A DNA stretch of 64,000 nucleotides from an uncultured delta proteobacterium. GTDB lineage: Bacteria > Myxococcota_A > Polyangia > Polyangiales > Polyangiaceae. A program made the translations under genes and the position numbers. Each line of letters opens with the position of its first letter. The first letter of the stretch is position 1. The notes beneath the pieces are model-generated. The model was not told the DNA's origin. It saw only the letters and a program-made list of their open reading frames with translations, and did not search any database. Shown piece by piece: positions 39,935-50,695 of this stretch. The stretch is from NCBI GenBank assembly GCA_963841435.1, contig CAWJCS010000005.1, positions 896,001 through 960,000 of the forward strand, in the 5' to 3' direction.

Positions 39935-40372
39935 CTAGCCCGAGCGACGGCGACGAGCCTTGAGCGAGCCGCGCTTGTAGCCCGAGGGCAGCTCGTCTCC
40001 GGGGAGTGGACGCGCATTGGGTACCGTTGCGAGCGCAGCCTGAAACTTCACGCGCGAGGACCGCTTGGCGCGCGTCGTGAGGTATTCCTCGGTGGTCAGC
40101 GCGGCGAGCTTTTCGGCGGCCGCCGTCGCGATGAGCTGGTTGATGGAGATCCCCTCGCTCTTGGCGAGCGCCGCGAGCTGCTTGTGCAGCGATTCGGGAA
40201 GGCGGTAGAGCGCGTCGAGCGCCGAGGCCCGCGCCGAGGGCGCGTCGGGCAGAGCCGAAAGGGCCTGCTCCAGCCCGTCGCTCTCTTCCTGTCCGTTAGA
40301 GCTCGCGCAGGCGCTCGTCATCGCGAGCGCGGCCGCACCCAGAAACATTGCCATCACATGACGCTTCGACAT
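39935..40372 (-). CDS. Chimera: lipoprotein N-terminus fused to a HicB-like/RHH antitoxin
   Basis: Signal peptide ..AMTSAC, then RLPESLHKQLAALAKSEGISINQLIATAAAEK. Confidence 0.65.
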   Translation of the reverse strand: MSKRHVMAMFLGAAALAMTSACASSNGQEESDGLEQALSALPDAPSARASALDALYRLPESLHKQLAALAKSEGISINQLIATAAAEKLAALTTEEYLTTRAKRSSRVKFQAALATVPNARPLPGDELPSGYKRGSLKARRRRSG

Positions 40373-40944
40373 GATTCCTCCTGCAAGTCGCACCCTGAGT
40401 GCCGGCGCGGAAGATTGTGCCGGCGAGCGGGAAATCCAACGTGCGGCTGTCCCAGAGGCACACGCCGTCGCCGACGGTGTGCGACCCGAAGCCGCCCATC
40501 TGCGTTCCGGTCTTCTGGTACGGGAACGGCAGGCCGTCCGGCATCGAGAAGCGCAGCGTGAAGGCGGCGGGGTCGGAGCAGGTTTTCGTCGCCGAGCAAC
40601 CCGCCGCGCAGAGCGAGCTCGAGCCCGTGTGGGAGACCGTGATCGAGAGGTTGCCGCCGCTCGTCGAGCGCGTGACCGCGTTGCCCGACGACGAACACAG
40701 GTCGGCGCCCGTGCCGAGCCGAACGCACGCCGTGCCGGACGGAAGATCCCCGCTCATTTCAATGCAATATGACGAGCACTGCGGCGACCCGGCGGGGCGC
40801 CATCGCGCCCGGGCGTGAAGCGAAGCGACGAGCGTATCTGGCCGAAGGGCAGCGGCACGGCGTGCCTTTTCTCACGCCGAACGGCGTGCCTTCTCACGCT
40901 CTGACCACGAGCCGCGCCGGTTGAGCTACTCTGCGCGTCACCAA

Positions 40945-41610
40945 ATGCACGCATGGATTGTCGGGGCCACGGGGCTGGTTGGGCGAGCCCTGCTCGAAGA
41001 TCTCCTGGCGGAGCCGCGCGTCGAGCACGTGACGGCCATCGTGCGGCGGCCGCTCGAGCAAAAGGCTCCGAAGCTCGAGACGCTCGTGGTCGATTTCGAG
41101 CGGCTCGAAAAGGAGCTCGCCGGGCGCACGGCGAGCGTGGGGTTTTGCTGTCTCGGCACCACCATCAAGAAGGCCGAAAGCCAGCCGGCGTTTTATCGCG
41201 TCGATCACGACTACCCGCTCGCGTTCGGGCGCGCTTGCAAGGCGGCCGGCGCGCGAAAGCTCGTGGTCGTCACGGCCGTGGGCGCCGATGCGAGCTCGCG
41301 CGTTTTTTACAATCGCGTAAAGGGCGAGGTGGAGGAGCGACTCGCCGAGCTCGGGTTGCCGGAGCTGCACGTGTTGAGGCCTTCGCTGTTGCTCGGTAAG
41401 CGCCCCGATCGGCGGCCGGCCGAAGCCGTGGTGATGGCGCTGGCGAAGCCGCTCGCCCCGCTGATGGTCGGTCCGCTCGCCCGCTACAAGGCTATCCCCG
41501 GCGCGAACGTCGCGCACGCGATGCTCGCCCTCGCGCTCGATGCCTCGCCTCACCCGCGCGTCACCGCTCACGAGTCGGAAACGATCGGGCGGCTCGCGAG
41601 CAAGCGGTAG
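40945..41610 (+). CDS. NAD(P)-binding oxidoreductase (YraR/TIP30-like)
   Basis: GATGLVG, CCLGTTIKKA, VDHDYP, FYNRVKGEVE, LRPSLLLG. Confidence 0.9.
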   Translation: MHAWIVGATGLVGRALLEDLLAEPRVEHVTAIVRRPLEQKAPKLETLVVDFERLEKELAGRTASVGFCCLGTTIKKAESQPAFYRVDHDYPLAFGRACKAAGARKLVVVTAVGADASSRVFYNRVKGEVEERLAELGLPELHVLRPSLLLGKRPDRRPAEAVVMALAKPLAPLMVGPLARYKAIPGANVAHAMLALALDASPHPRVTAHESETIGRLASKR

Positions 41611-41658
41611 CGGCGCGGCGCCCCACTCGCCCCGGGGCCGTGCGAAGCTCGGCGGGCC

Positions 41659-44016
41659 GTGTACCTCGAAAAGCTCCCCCACCCCGCGAACTTCCGCTTT
41701 GCACAGCGCTTTCGCCCGGGTCGCTTCGTCATCAACGGGGAGCCGTTCGGGCTGAAAGTCGAACGCTTCGCGGGCGACGTGTATCGCCTGGAGGTGACGC
41801 ATCGGCGCTGGGCGCCGCGTGAGTCGCAGGCCGTGCTGACGCCACCGGAACGACTTTCCGAGGGCGCGGGGCGCAAGGCGAAGAACGGCGGAGCGGCGCT
41901 GCGTTTCGGGTCGGGGCTCGCGGTCCTCGGTCCGGAGGCGCGCCCGCTGCTCGCGGGTGCTTCCGGGGGGAGCTTCGGCGTGCGCGATGCGGCGTGGGTG
42001 CTCCGCTTCGAGCCGGACCCCGAGCTTCGCTTCTACGGCCTCGGAGAAAAGTGGGGCCCGCTCGAGAAGAGCGGCCTTCATACGACGTTCTGGAACACGG
42101 ACGTGTGGGGCGATTTTCCGATGTCGGCGGCGCTCGAGGCCAAGGTTGACCCGGTGTACGCGAGCATTCCGTACGTCGTCGTGCGGCGGGGCGAAGCGTA
42201 CGTGGGGCTGCTCGTCGACAATCCGTACGCGTCGTTCATGGCGCTCAATGCGACGTTCGACATTCACGACCCGAAGGGGCCGCATGCCGAGCGGTTTTTG
42301 TATTTGGGGGCAGAAGCGGGCAGGCCCATCGTCTACGTGATCGTCGGGCCGTCGCTCGCCGAGCTGACCCAGAAGCTGCAGTGCCTCGTGGGGACGACGC
42401 CGCGCCCGCCGCTCTGGGCGCTCGGGCATCACCAGTCGCGCTGGGGGTACCGCGGCACGGCGGATCTCGAGCGGCTCGATCGAGCGTTCGAAAAGCACGC
42501 GATCCCCTGTGACGGGCTGTGGCTCGACATCGACTACATGCAGCGCTTCAAGGTGTTCACGCTGGACCGGCAGGCGCTTTCGCGACCGAAGGCGACGCTC
42601 GCGAAGCTTGCGAAGCGGGGGCGGCGCGTCGTGCCGATTCTCGATCCCGGCGTGAAGCGCGAGAGGGGCTATCCCGTGTACGAGCAGGGGCTCGCCGGAC
42701 GATTTTTCTGCGAAGCGGAGCCGGGGCAACCGTTCACGGGGTACGTGTGGCCAGGCGCGACGTGCTTCCCCGATTTCTCGCGGCCGGACGCGCGCGCCTT
42801 CTGGGCAAGCTGGGTCGCCCGCTTCACCGAGCACGGCTTCGCCGGGTACTGGATTGACATGAACGACCCCGCGGTCGGCGCCGTCGACGCTTCCGCCATG
42901 CGCTTCGACCACGGGCGAAGGCGCCATTCGAGCTACCACAACCAGTACGCGCTCGGCATGGCGATGGCGACACGCGAGGGGCTCTTGCAAGCGGCTCCCG
43001 AACGCCGGCCGTTCTTGCTCACGCGCAGCGCTTGCACCGGCATCGCGCGCTACGCCGCGATGTGGACGGGCGACAACTTCTCGAACCTCGACCACCTGCG
43101 CGGCGCGATCCCGACGACCTTGAATCTTGCGCTGAGCGGCGTCCCCCTGAACGGCCCGGACGTGCCCGGTTTCGGCGGCCACGCCGACGACGACCTCATG
43201 GTGCGCTGGTACAAAGCGGGGTTCCTCTTTCCGTTCCTGCGCAACCACACGGTCCGTGACTCTCGCGACCAGGAGCCGTGGTCTTTCAGCCGCCGCACGC
43301 TCGCCATCGTGCGCCGCTACGTGCGCCTGCGTTACAAGCTGCTTCCCTATCTCTACAACCTGTTCATCGATCAGGAGGAGCGGGGCGCCGCGGTGGTGCG
43401 GCCCCTCATCTACGATTTTGCGAGCACGCGACGCTTGCCGCTCGACACCATCTCCGACCAGCTCATGGTCGGGCCGAGCTTGATGCACGCGCCCTGTCTC
43501 GAACCTGGCGCCGGGGGTCGTTCCGTCGCGTTGCCGCGCGGTGGCTGGCTCGACCTGCAGAGCGGGCGCTGGGTGCGTGGAGGGGGCCACGTGCGCGTTG
43601 CCGATGCTGCGGACGAGACGCCGCTCTTCGCTCGCGAGGGCAGCATCGTCCCGGCCCAGCCGGGCGAGCGGCGCGACAACCGGAACGACCTCTTCGACAT
43701 CGAGCTGCACGTCTTTTTGCGGCGCGGTCGGGCCGCGCTCACCTATCGCGCCGACGACGGTGAGACGTTCGCGTACCGGCAGGGTAAAATCACGTGTTTC
43801 ACGGTTCACGTTGCCGCGGACGCCCGGCAGGTGCGCGTCCGCTTCTCGGACGTCGTAAAAGGCGCGGGGCCCTGCCGCGTGCGCTTCGTGCTGTACGGCG
43901 GGCAGCGTCGGCTCTCGCTCGACGGCGCGAGCGTCCCGCTCGCGACCCGCCGCGTGCGGTGGACGGGCGCGGCGTTCGGCGCGCCAACGACGCGGCCACT
44001 GCGAGTGCCCGCTTAG
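41659..44016 (+). CDS. GH31 alpha-glucosidase family
   Basis: WLDIDYM, ILDPG, WIDMND nucleophile, WTGDN, GPDVPGF, FLRNH. Confidence 0.93.
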   Translation: MYLEKLPHPANFRFAQRFRPGRFVINGEPFGLKVERFAGDVYRLEVTHRRWAPRESQAVLTPPERLSEGAGRKAKNGGAALRFGSGLAVLGPEARPLLAGASGGSFGVRDAAWVLRFEPDPELRFYGLGEKWGPLEKSGLHTTFWNTDVWGDFPMSAALEAKVDPVYASIPYVVVRRGEAYVGLLVDNPYASFMALNATFDIHDPKGPHAERFLYLGAEAGRPIVYVIVGPSLAELTQKLQCLVGTTPRPPLWALGHHQSRWGYRGTADLERLDRAFEKHAIPCDGLWLDIDYMQRFKVFTLDRQALSRPKATLAKLAKRGRRVVPILDPGVKRERGYPVYEQGLAGRFFCEAEPGQPFTGYVWPGATCFPDFSRPDARAFWASWVARFTEHGFAGYWIDMNDPAVGAVDASAMRFDHGRRRHSSYHNQYALGMAMATREGLLQAAPERRPFLLTRSACTGIARYAAMWTGDNFSNLDHLRGAIPTTLNLALSGVPLNGPDVPGFGGHADDDLMVRWYKAGFLFPFLRNHTVRDSRDQEPWSFSRRTLAIVRRYVRLRYKLLPYLYNLFIDQEERGAAVVRPLIYDFASTRRLPLDTISDQLMVGPSLMHAPCLEPGAGGRSVALPRGGWLDLQSGRWVRGGGHVRVADAADETPLFAREGSIVPAQPGERRDNRNDLFDIELHVFLRRGRAALTYRADDGETFAYRQGKITCFTVHVAADARQVRVRFSDVVKGAGPCRVRFVLYGGQRRLSLDGASVPLATRRVRWTGAAFGAPTTRPLRVPA

Positions 44017-44105
44017 TCGAGCGGCGGCTCGTTCAGCGCCGATCGAACGGCCCGAGCGCCCGTCGCGAACCCGAGCCCCCGCGAGTCTTGTAGGATGGTC
44101 GAACC

Positions 44106-45818
44106 GTGACCGCGCCGAACCGGACACCGAGCAAGATCGCCCTCGTCTTGCTTCCGGCCGCGCTCTTGGGCGTCCTCGCGTTCAGCCTCAAGGACGCGGG
44201 CACGACCCAGCAGTTCTTCGTCAACACGACGTACTACCTGCTGATGGTCACGGTGCTGTGCTGGGCCGGCACGTACCTCCACCGCGCCCGTGAGTGTCGC
44301 CGCGAGACCGCCTTCGCCTGGGTGAAGGACAATTGGCCGGGCCTCATGATTGCGCTCTTGGTGACGGTGGTCGCGGCCCTCGCCGTGGAGCCTGCGCTGC
44401 GGGTCCTCTCCGACGAAGCGAACCTGGTCGGAACCTCCAAGAACTTCTTTGCCTCGAAGACGGCCACCTTCACCGTCTCCGGCAAGAGCTACTACGGAAG
44501 CTACTGGGACGTCGACGTCGCCATCGACCGCCGGCCGACGCTGTTCCCGTTTTTGGTCAGCTTGGTTCATGTCGTCTCAGGCTATTCGTATCGCAACGTC
44601 TTCCTGTTCAATTTGCTGGTTCTGCCCGCCTTCTTGCTGGTGTCGTACCGGCTCGCGAAGTCCCTGGGCGGAGAGACGTTCGGCATCGTCGCCGCGTTGC
44701 TCGTCGCGGCCCACCCGATCACGCTGATCTCGGTCCGTTCGGGCGGGTTCGACTTCCTCGCCACGTTCTTCGCGCTCCTCGTCATCAAGAGCCTTTTCGA
44801 CCTCGGCCGCGACGAGTCACCCGCGAATCTGGCGATCGTGTGGATGAATCTCTGCCTGTTCGCGGAGATCCGCTACGAGACGGCGCTGTTCATTTTGCCC
44901 GTCGTGGCCCTGCTCGTGCTTTTCAAGATGGCCACGTGGCGCACGCTGCGCCCGTACGCCTTCGTGTACGCGCTCACGCCGGTGTATCTCGCGCCTCGCC
45001 TTTGGCAGTCGATCCTGCGCGGCAACATCCCCGAGCAGGAGCCCGGCACCGTCACGTTCAGCTTGGAGCATTTTGTCGACCACGCGCGCGAGTACTTCGC
45101 GCCGATCCTATCGCCCGCCGAAGCCTATCCGGCCCACTCCGCCCTTTTGATTGGCCTCGGTGTCGTCGGCTGCCTGCTTGGGCTCCGTTTTCTCTTCGGC
45201 CGCGTCCGCGCCAAAGACTGGAAAGCGCCGCGGCTTCGCTTTGCCGCTTTCGTCGTTGTCTGGGTGCTTCTCCAGGCCATCATCGTCTTTACCTACGCGT
45301 GGGGGCGCGCCCAGTACCCCTCGGCCGCACGCCTCGTCATGGTGCTCGACACCTTCTTCGCCTTTGCCGCGGCATGGGTGCTGACAGTCGCTCTGAAACG
45401 GTGGAGGCCCTTCATTCCCGTGTTGCTCGCGGCGGCCGTCCTGGCGAGTCAGGTGCCGGTGGCCTCTCAGCACCGGATGCTCAACCGGCTCACCCAGACC
45501 CGCGAGAGCGCCGCCACCTGGGATTTTTTCGAGCGGCTGGGCGAAAAGCGCATCCTCATCGTCACCGACCGCCCGAACCACTTCACCATCATGGACTACG
45601 GCGCCATGAGCTTCGAGGCCGCGCGGCGTGACCCCTACCTGTTCACGGCCCTGGCCCGCCACCTCTTCCAGGCCGTCTACGTGATCCAGCAGATCGAGCT
45701 TTCGACGCATCGGCCCCTGCCCGGCTACGACATCTGGCCGGATCGGAAGCTCGAGACGGTGCTCGAATTCCAGAACGACGCGGACGTGCTCGTGCGCGTC
45801 TCGCGCGTCGAGCCCTGA
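44106..45818 (+). CDS. Polytopic membrane protein, GT-C/PMT-like glycosyltransferase
   Basis: Many TM segments; LSDE motif in the first loop; RYE motif. Confidence 0.7.
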   Translation: MTAPNRTPSKIALVLLPAALLGVLAFSLKDAGTTQQFFVNTTYYLLMVTVLCWAGTYLHRARECRRETAFAWVKDNWPGLMIALLVTVVAALAVEPALRVLSDEANLVGTSKNFFASKTATFTVSGKSYYGSYWDVDVAIDRRPTLFPFLVSLVHVVSGYSYRNVFLFNLLVLPAFLLVSYRLAKSLGGETFGIVAALLVAAHPITLISVRSGGFDFLATFFALLVIKSLFDLGRDESPANLAIVWMNLCLFAEIRYETALFILPVVALLVLFKMATWRTLRPYAFVYALTPVYLAPRLWQSILRGNIPEQEPGTVTFSLEHFVDHAREYFAPILSPAEAYPAHSALLIGLGVVGCLLGLRFLFGRVRAKDWKAPRLRFAAFVVVWVLLQAIIVFTYAWGRAQYPSAARLVMVLDTFFAFAAAWVLTVALKRWRPFIPVLLAAAVLASQVPVASQHRMLNRLTQTRESAATWDFFERLGEKRILIVTDRPNHFTIMDYGAMSFEAARRDPYLFTALARHLFQAVYVIQQIELSTHRPLPGYDIWPDRKLETVLEFQNDADVLVRVSRVEP

Positions 45819-45899
45819 GCACGCGACGCTCGGCGCTCGGCGCCGCAACCACGCCGCGCTCCTCGGTCGCGGGGCGATCGCACCGCGACGCGGCTCCCG

Positions 45900-47930
45900 T
45901 CAGAACTCGTAGAGCGCGAAGGGTCCCGTCTGTAAAACGGGATGATTCGCGATCTCCGGCGGCCAATCCACTCGGTCGCCGCGTTCGAGGACGAACCAGC
46001 GAAAGCCGAGCGCGTGCGCCGTGGGACCGACCAGCTTGGGCGTTCGAATGCCCATGAAGTGGTCGATCGCCGAGGTTCGCGTGTCGACCATTTCGCCGCG
46101 ATAGGGCATCCGCGTCAGCGTGTGGGCGACGAACGTTCTTCGCTCCGAAAGAGCTGCAAAGACGTAGGTTCGGTCGAACTGGGAATCCTGGAAGACGTCT
46201 TTGGGGCCGCCGTGGGTGCGGAGGTAGTCCGCAACTTGGAGGTACGCGCGCGGAAGCCGGACGGGAGAGATCGCGGGCATCGCCCACATCACCTGGACTC
46301 CGCGACCGAAGTGCGCCGGGACGGCCATGAGCACGGCGGCGAGGACGATGATGATCGGTCGAGCCATCCCACCCAGGCGCCGCGATTCCACGAGCATCAG
46401 GCCCAACGCGCCGCCAATCCAGGTCAGCACGAAGAAGTAGACGATCATGATCGGGCGATGCGAGAGCTCGTCGGGCGTGCTGCTATCGAAATCGAGAGCC
46501 AGACCGAAGAACATCACCACGAAATTGGCAGCGAGCAGCAGCGGAAAGAGCACGTGAACCAGTGGCGTGCGGCGGCGCAGCCACAGGGCCAGCATGGCGA
46601 AGAGCAGCGGAAAGATGCCGAGAGCCGCAAACAAGACGTACGGGACGCCGAACAGAAGATTCGACGTGAAGGGAAACTCCGCCCCCATGTGCCCGACGAC
46701 GTAGTCGCGAAGAGCGCCCGGCTTGGCGAACGAAAGGACCAGGCGCAGGATCTCCCCGTTGCTCGAGCCATCGAAGCGAACGCGGGGCACGCCGGGCACC
46801 TTCTGGCCGAGCACGAGCGCCATCACGTAGGCGAGGCTCGCGGCTGCTACCCACAGCGCGCGCTTCCTCGGGCCAATGCTCCCACGGAAGAACAAGGCCG
46901 GGACGAGCAAGAGCAAGAGCGCGCTCGCGACGACGTAGTGCAGCTTGTAGAAAACGACGACGCCCGCGACGAGCCAGCCCGCGAACAGCTGCAACCGGGA
47001 GCCCTGTGTGCACCCGCGGATGACGAACAGCCACGCAACGGCGAGGAGCGCCAAGCCGTAGGTCGCGCTGGGCGAGATTTGCGTGAGAAAGTGATAGGAC
47101 ATGAAGGTGTTGCGCATGCCCTGCTGCGCGCCGTCCGGCAAGAGGAGCAGCGCCCCCGCTGCCGCCACGCCGGGCCACGCTCCCCACAGGGACCCGAAGA
47201 ACGAGTAGGCCGCGAGCCCGGTGAAGAAGACCCCAACGGGAGCCAGAATCCCGGCGAACGCCGTGTACGAGTGGATGGCCGCCGCTTCTTTGACGAACCC
47301 GGGCAGCAGGTACACGCCGTAGTGGTAGGGACGCGCGGGCACACCCGCCATGCGAAAGTCCTCGATGGACGACGCGCCGTGCCCCGCGCCGAAGATTCGA
47401 ATGTGCACGGCGTGGTAGAAGCCATCGACCCACGGCTTGAAGAGGACCACGTTGCCGTGATCCTCCGTCGGTCGGATCGAGTCCTGGCACCACAGCGTGG
47501 TGGCAACCAGGCAGAGACCGATGGCCCAGAGGCTCGCCGCGTGACCCGGAACGCGCTTCCGCTCGCGAGCCGTGACGAACGCCCACGTCGCCAGCGCGAG
47601 CAGGAGGCAAAAGTTCGCGATGATGCCGAACGGCGAGAGCCAGGCGAGCACGAAGAGCGCCGTGTTGACGACGCCGTAGCCGACGAGCAGGCGGAGCGGG
47701 AGCTCGAACAGAACCCCCGCCGAAAGGGATTCAAAGGCCGCGAGGAGCGAGCCGACCAGGTAGAAGGCAACGAACAGCGCCTCGCAGGCCAAAAGCGCGC
47801 GAATGGAAAAGGACTGTCCCGCGACGGCCGTCCAAACGGCGACCACGGCCGCGATGACCGAAACGGCCGCGACGTCCGACTTGCTGTAGGTGACGGTCAC
47901 GTTGCGAAAGGCGCGGAGGGAACGCGTCAT
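45900..47930 (-). CDS. Polytopic membrane protein, possible GT-C
   Basis: More than 12 hydrophobic segments; VDGFYH, PYHY; last gene of the GT2 operon. Confidence 0.7.
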   Translation of the reverse strand: MTRSLRAFRNVTVTYSKSDVAAVSVIAAVVAVWTAVAGQSFSIRALLACEALFVAFYLVGSLLAAFESLSAGVLFELPLRLLVGYGVVNTALFVLAWLSPFGIIANFCLLLALATWAFVTARERKRVPGHAASLWAIGLCLVATTLWCQDSIRPTEDHGNVVLFKPWVDGFYHAVHIRIFGAGHGASSIEDFRMAGVPARPYHYGVYLLPGFVKEAAAIHSYTAFAGILAPVGVFFTGLAAYSFFGSLWGAWPGVAAAGALLLLPDGAQQGMRNTFMSYHFLTQISPSATYGLALLAVAWLFVIRGCTQGSRLQLFAGWLVAGVVVFYKLHYVVASALLLLLVPALFFRGSIGPRKRALWVAAASLAYVMALVLGQKVPGVPRVRFDGSSNGEILRLVLSFAKPGALRDYVVGHMGAEFPFTSNLLFGVPYVLFAALGIFPLLFAMLALWLRRRTPLVHVLFPLLLAANFVVMFFGLALDFDSSTPDELSHRPIMIVYFFVLTWIGGALGLMLVESRRLGGMARPIIIVLAAVLMAVPAHFGRGVQVMWAMPAISPVRLPRAYLQVADYLRTHGGPKDVFQDSQFDRTYVFAALSERRTFVAHTLTRMPYRGEMVDTRTSAIDHFMGIRTPKLVGPTAHALGFRWFVLERGDRVDWPPEIANHPVLQTGPFALYEF

Positions 47931-47975
47931 CGGGGCCGCTTCGTCGATCCTTGGCTGTCACGCACCGCCGCCGGC

Positions 47976-48767
47976 TCAGCGGCGTCCGCGACGAGCCTTC
48001 CCTTGTAGCGTCTTTTGCCCGCGGAGCAGGCCGGGCACGAGAGAGCGACCCACCCACATGCCGAGATATAGAGGGACCGCCCGCCGCGGATAGAACAACT
48101 TCCTCCTGCCGGTCCGTGCGAACCGAGCGATCGCTCGCGCGGCACCCTCGGGGGTTCCGGAAGAGGCGTCTTTGATCCGGCCCATCCAGGCGGGAAACCG
48201 CTGGGCCATGGTGTAGATGCCGGTCGGAACGGGACCCAGCATGACCTGCTGAAAGACGAGGTCCGTGCCCGTGTACATTTTCGACCAGACCTCGAAGCAA
48301 GCGGTCAACGCCTTCTTGCTCGTGGTGTAGCCGAGGCCGTAGGGATTCCCGACGTAGTTTGCCATCGAGCTCACGGCGACCAAGTGACGCGGGCCGTCGC
48401 CTGCGGGTAGCGCCGTGAGGGGCTGGACGAAATTCAGGGCTCCGTAGAGGTTCGTATCGAGGACCTCCTTGTAGCTCGCGAGCTCGAACGTGTCGTCGTT
48501 GTCGACTCGGTTGATGCCGGCATTCAGGATGAAAACCTCCGGCAGCTCCAGAGCCTCGGCGAGACTGGCGACGAGCCTCGCGACTTCTAGCGTGGAGCGC
48601 ACGTTGACGCATTCGAAGCGAACGGACGGATGGCGCGCCTCGAGCTCCGGGACGCGGCGGCGGTTCACGGCAACGACTTTCGCGCCGCTCCCGACGTAGT
48701 GCTCGAGCAGGGCCCGACCGATCCCCGAGGTCGTGCCCGTGATGAGGACGCGCTCAACCTTCATCAC
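47976..48767 (-). CDS. SDR oxidoreductase
   Basis: ITGTTSGIG, LNAG, YTTSK. Confidence 0.9.
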   Translation of the reverse strand: MMKVERVLITGTTSGIGRALLEHYVGSGAKVVAVNRRRVPELEARHPSVRFECVNVRSTLEVARLVASLAEALELPEVFILNAGINRVDNDDTFELASYKEVLDTNLYGALNFVQPLTALPAGDGPRHLVAVSSMANYVGNPYGLGYTTSKKALTACFEVWSKMYTGTDLVFQQVMLGPVPTGIYTMAQRFPAWMGRIKDASSGTPEGAARAIARFARTGRRKLFYPRRAVPLYLGMWVGRSLVPGLLRGQKTLQGKARRGRR

Positions 48768-49794
48768 CGTCCAACGCCGACGCGTTCGGTACCCGCGGCG
48801 ATGCCGTGGCGCGCGAGCGCCCCCGTACGAAGCCGTCGATGGCTGCCGCCGTGCTCAGCCGCTCGCCACCGTGGCGAATCGCCTTCCGGATGAACTTCGG
48901 TCGCCGCTTGGCCTCTTCGAAGATCTTGATGAGGTACTCCCCGATGAGAGCGATGGCGAGCAGCTGGAGGCTGCCGAAAAACACGATGAGCACGATGACG
49001 GTCGGGATGCCGTGTGGCACGCCGGGGCGGCGCAGCACGTTGACGACTTGATAGACGAGCGCGAAAAAGGACAGCGTCGCCATCACGGCCGCCGCGTAGC
49101 CGAGCAGCTCGATGGGCACGAACGTGAACGAAAAGATGCCCTTCTTGGCCCACCACAGGTTCTTCAGCCGACCGTGGGTCGAACGCCCGAAAGCTCGGGC
49201 CGGGCGCACGTAGTCGACGCCCGTCTGGGTGAATCCCACCCAGGCCCGGAGCCCGCGCAAGAATTGGTCGGTTTCCGGAAGGGCGAGCAGCTCGTTGACG
49301 ACCTTCCGGTCCATCAGCGCGAAGTCGCCCGCGTCGAGCGGTATGGGCACGTCGGCAAGGCCGCGGAAGACCGCGTAGAAAGCCCGCGCGAAGAACGCCA
49401 AGAGCAGGGAGCCTTCGCGCTTCACGCGACGCCCGTAGACGACGTCGTTGCCCTGCCGCCATTTTGCGTAGAATTCGGCGATCAACTCGGGCGGATCCTG
49501 AAGGTCGCCGTCGAGCAGAACGACGGCATCGCCCGTGGCAAGCTGCATGCCGCTCAGGAAAGCGTTCTGCGAGCCGAAATTCCTCGAATGCTCGACGGCG
49601 AGCACGTGGTGGTCCTTTTCGGTCAGCGCCTCGAGCACGGAATCCGCGTCGTCGGGGCTGGCGTCGTTGACGAAGATGATTTCGTAGCGGACGCCCAGCG
49701 AAACGAACGTGTCGGTCAGCCGCGCGTGCATCGACGGGATCGCCTGCGCATCCTTGTAACAGGTGATCACGGCGGACAGCGTCGGCTCAGGCAC
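48754..49794 (-). CDS. GT2 glycosyltransferase (GtrB/polyprenol-phosphate type)
   Basis: FVNDASPD, SRNFG, LDGDLQDPPE, GDFALMDR, two C-terminal TM segments. Confidence 0.92.
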   Translation of the reverse strand: MPEPTLSAVITCYKDAQAIPSMHARLTDTFVSLGVRYEIIFVNDASPDDADSVLEALTEKDHHVLAVEHSRNFGSQNAFLSGMQLATGDAVVLLDGDLQDPPELIAEFYAKWRQGNDVVYGRRVKREGSLLLAFFARAFYAVFRGLADVPIPLDAGDFALMDRKVVNELLALPETDQFLRGLRAWVGFTQTGVDYVRPARAFGRSTHGRLKNLWWAKKGIFSFTFVPIELLGYAAAVMATLSFFALVYQVVNVLRRPGVPHGIPTVIVLIVFFGSLQLLAIALIGEYLIKIFEEAKRRPKFIRKAIRHGGERLSTAAAIDGFVRGRSRATASPRVPNASALDGDEG

Positions 49795-50695
49795 GGAGGA
49801 GCTTCTCCAGGCGCGCGACGAGCGGCGGACCGGCGAGCCCGCTTTCTTCCTGGTGAAAGCGCTGGCTGCCGTAGCGCCCGGAAGGGTAGCCAGCCGCGTG
49901 CAGTGAAGTCAGCGAGCCCGGGACCACGCCTGACGTGAGCAAGAGGTGGCTGAGGGCCTCGCCGAGGCCGCCGGCGCGATAGTGCTCCTCCATGGTGACG
50001 ACCCGTCGCTTGGCCTCGATGCTGGCCGAAAGCTCGGCGGGAAGGGGCTCGAGCGGGAACGTCCCCACACTCCATATCTCGAGCTCGTCCAAGAGCTCCG
50101 GGGCACCCATGGCGTACAAGCCTTGCAGCACGGGGCCCATGCCGATGACGACGGCGCTCGGACCGGGCTTGAGCCGGCGCCACGGCGCGAACGCCGGCAC
50201 CTCGCCTGGGATCGCGGCGGGAGCGTTCAACCTGAGATAGTTCGGCAGAGGGTCGTTTGCCATCGTGTTGACGACCGGGGCAACGTCAGCGGCCACGAGG
50301 GGCACGTAAACTCTCATGTTCGGCAACACGCGCATGGCACCGACGTCCTCGAGGGCGTGATGGGTGGCGCCCATGATGCCGTATCCGTAGCCGCCGCCGT
50401 TCCCGACGAGCTTGACGGGAAGCTCGTGCAGGCAAACGCCATGGCGGATCTGCTCGTAGGGGCGCAGCGTCGTGAAGACGGCCATGCTGTAGAGCCAGGG
50501 AAGCTGCCCTTCGTGTGCGAGGCCGGCCGCGAGCGAGACGGCATTCTGTTCGGCGACGCCGGCATTGACGAAGCGCTCGCCGTACACCGCGGCGAGCTCC
50601 TCGAGCGCCATGTAGCCGAGGTCACCCGTGATGAACACGAGGTTTTTTCGCTTCTCGAAGAGCGCGATCATCGCGTGCGCGAATTCAGTGCGCAT
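49787..50695 (-). CDS. Transketolase C-terminal subunit
   Basis: TGDLG, NAGVAEQN, RPYEQIR, GATHHALED, TMEEH. Confidence 0.92.
   Translation of the reverse strand: MRTEFAHAMIALFEKRKNLVFITGDLGYMALEELAAVYGERFVNAGVAEQNAVSLAAGLAHEGQLPWLYSMAVFTTLRPYEQIRHGVCLHELPVKLVGNGGGYGYGIMGATHHALEDVGAMRVLPNMRVYVPLVAADVAPVVNTMANDPLPNYLRLNAPAAIPGEVPAFAPWRRLKPGPSAVVIGMGPVLQGLYAMGAPELLDELEIWSVGTFPLEPLPAELSASIEAKRRVVTMEEHYRAGGLGEALSHLLLTSGVVPGSLTSLHAAGYPSGRYGSQRFHQEESGLAGPPLVARLEKLLRA

Noticed and set aside
40894-44127. 1077-aa minus-strand ORF and similar long Arg/Ala-rich ORFs (50628-53186, 59387-61720, 26319-27935)
   Set aside because: Shadow frames of well-supported genes in high-GC DNA
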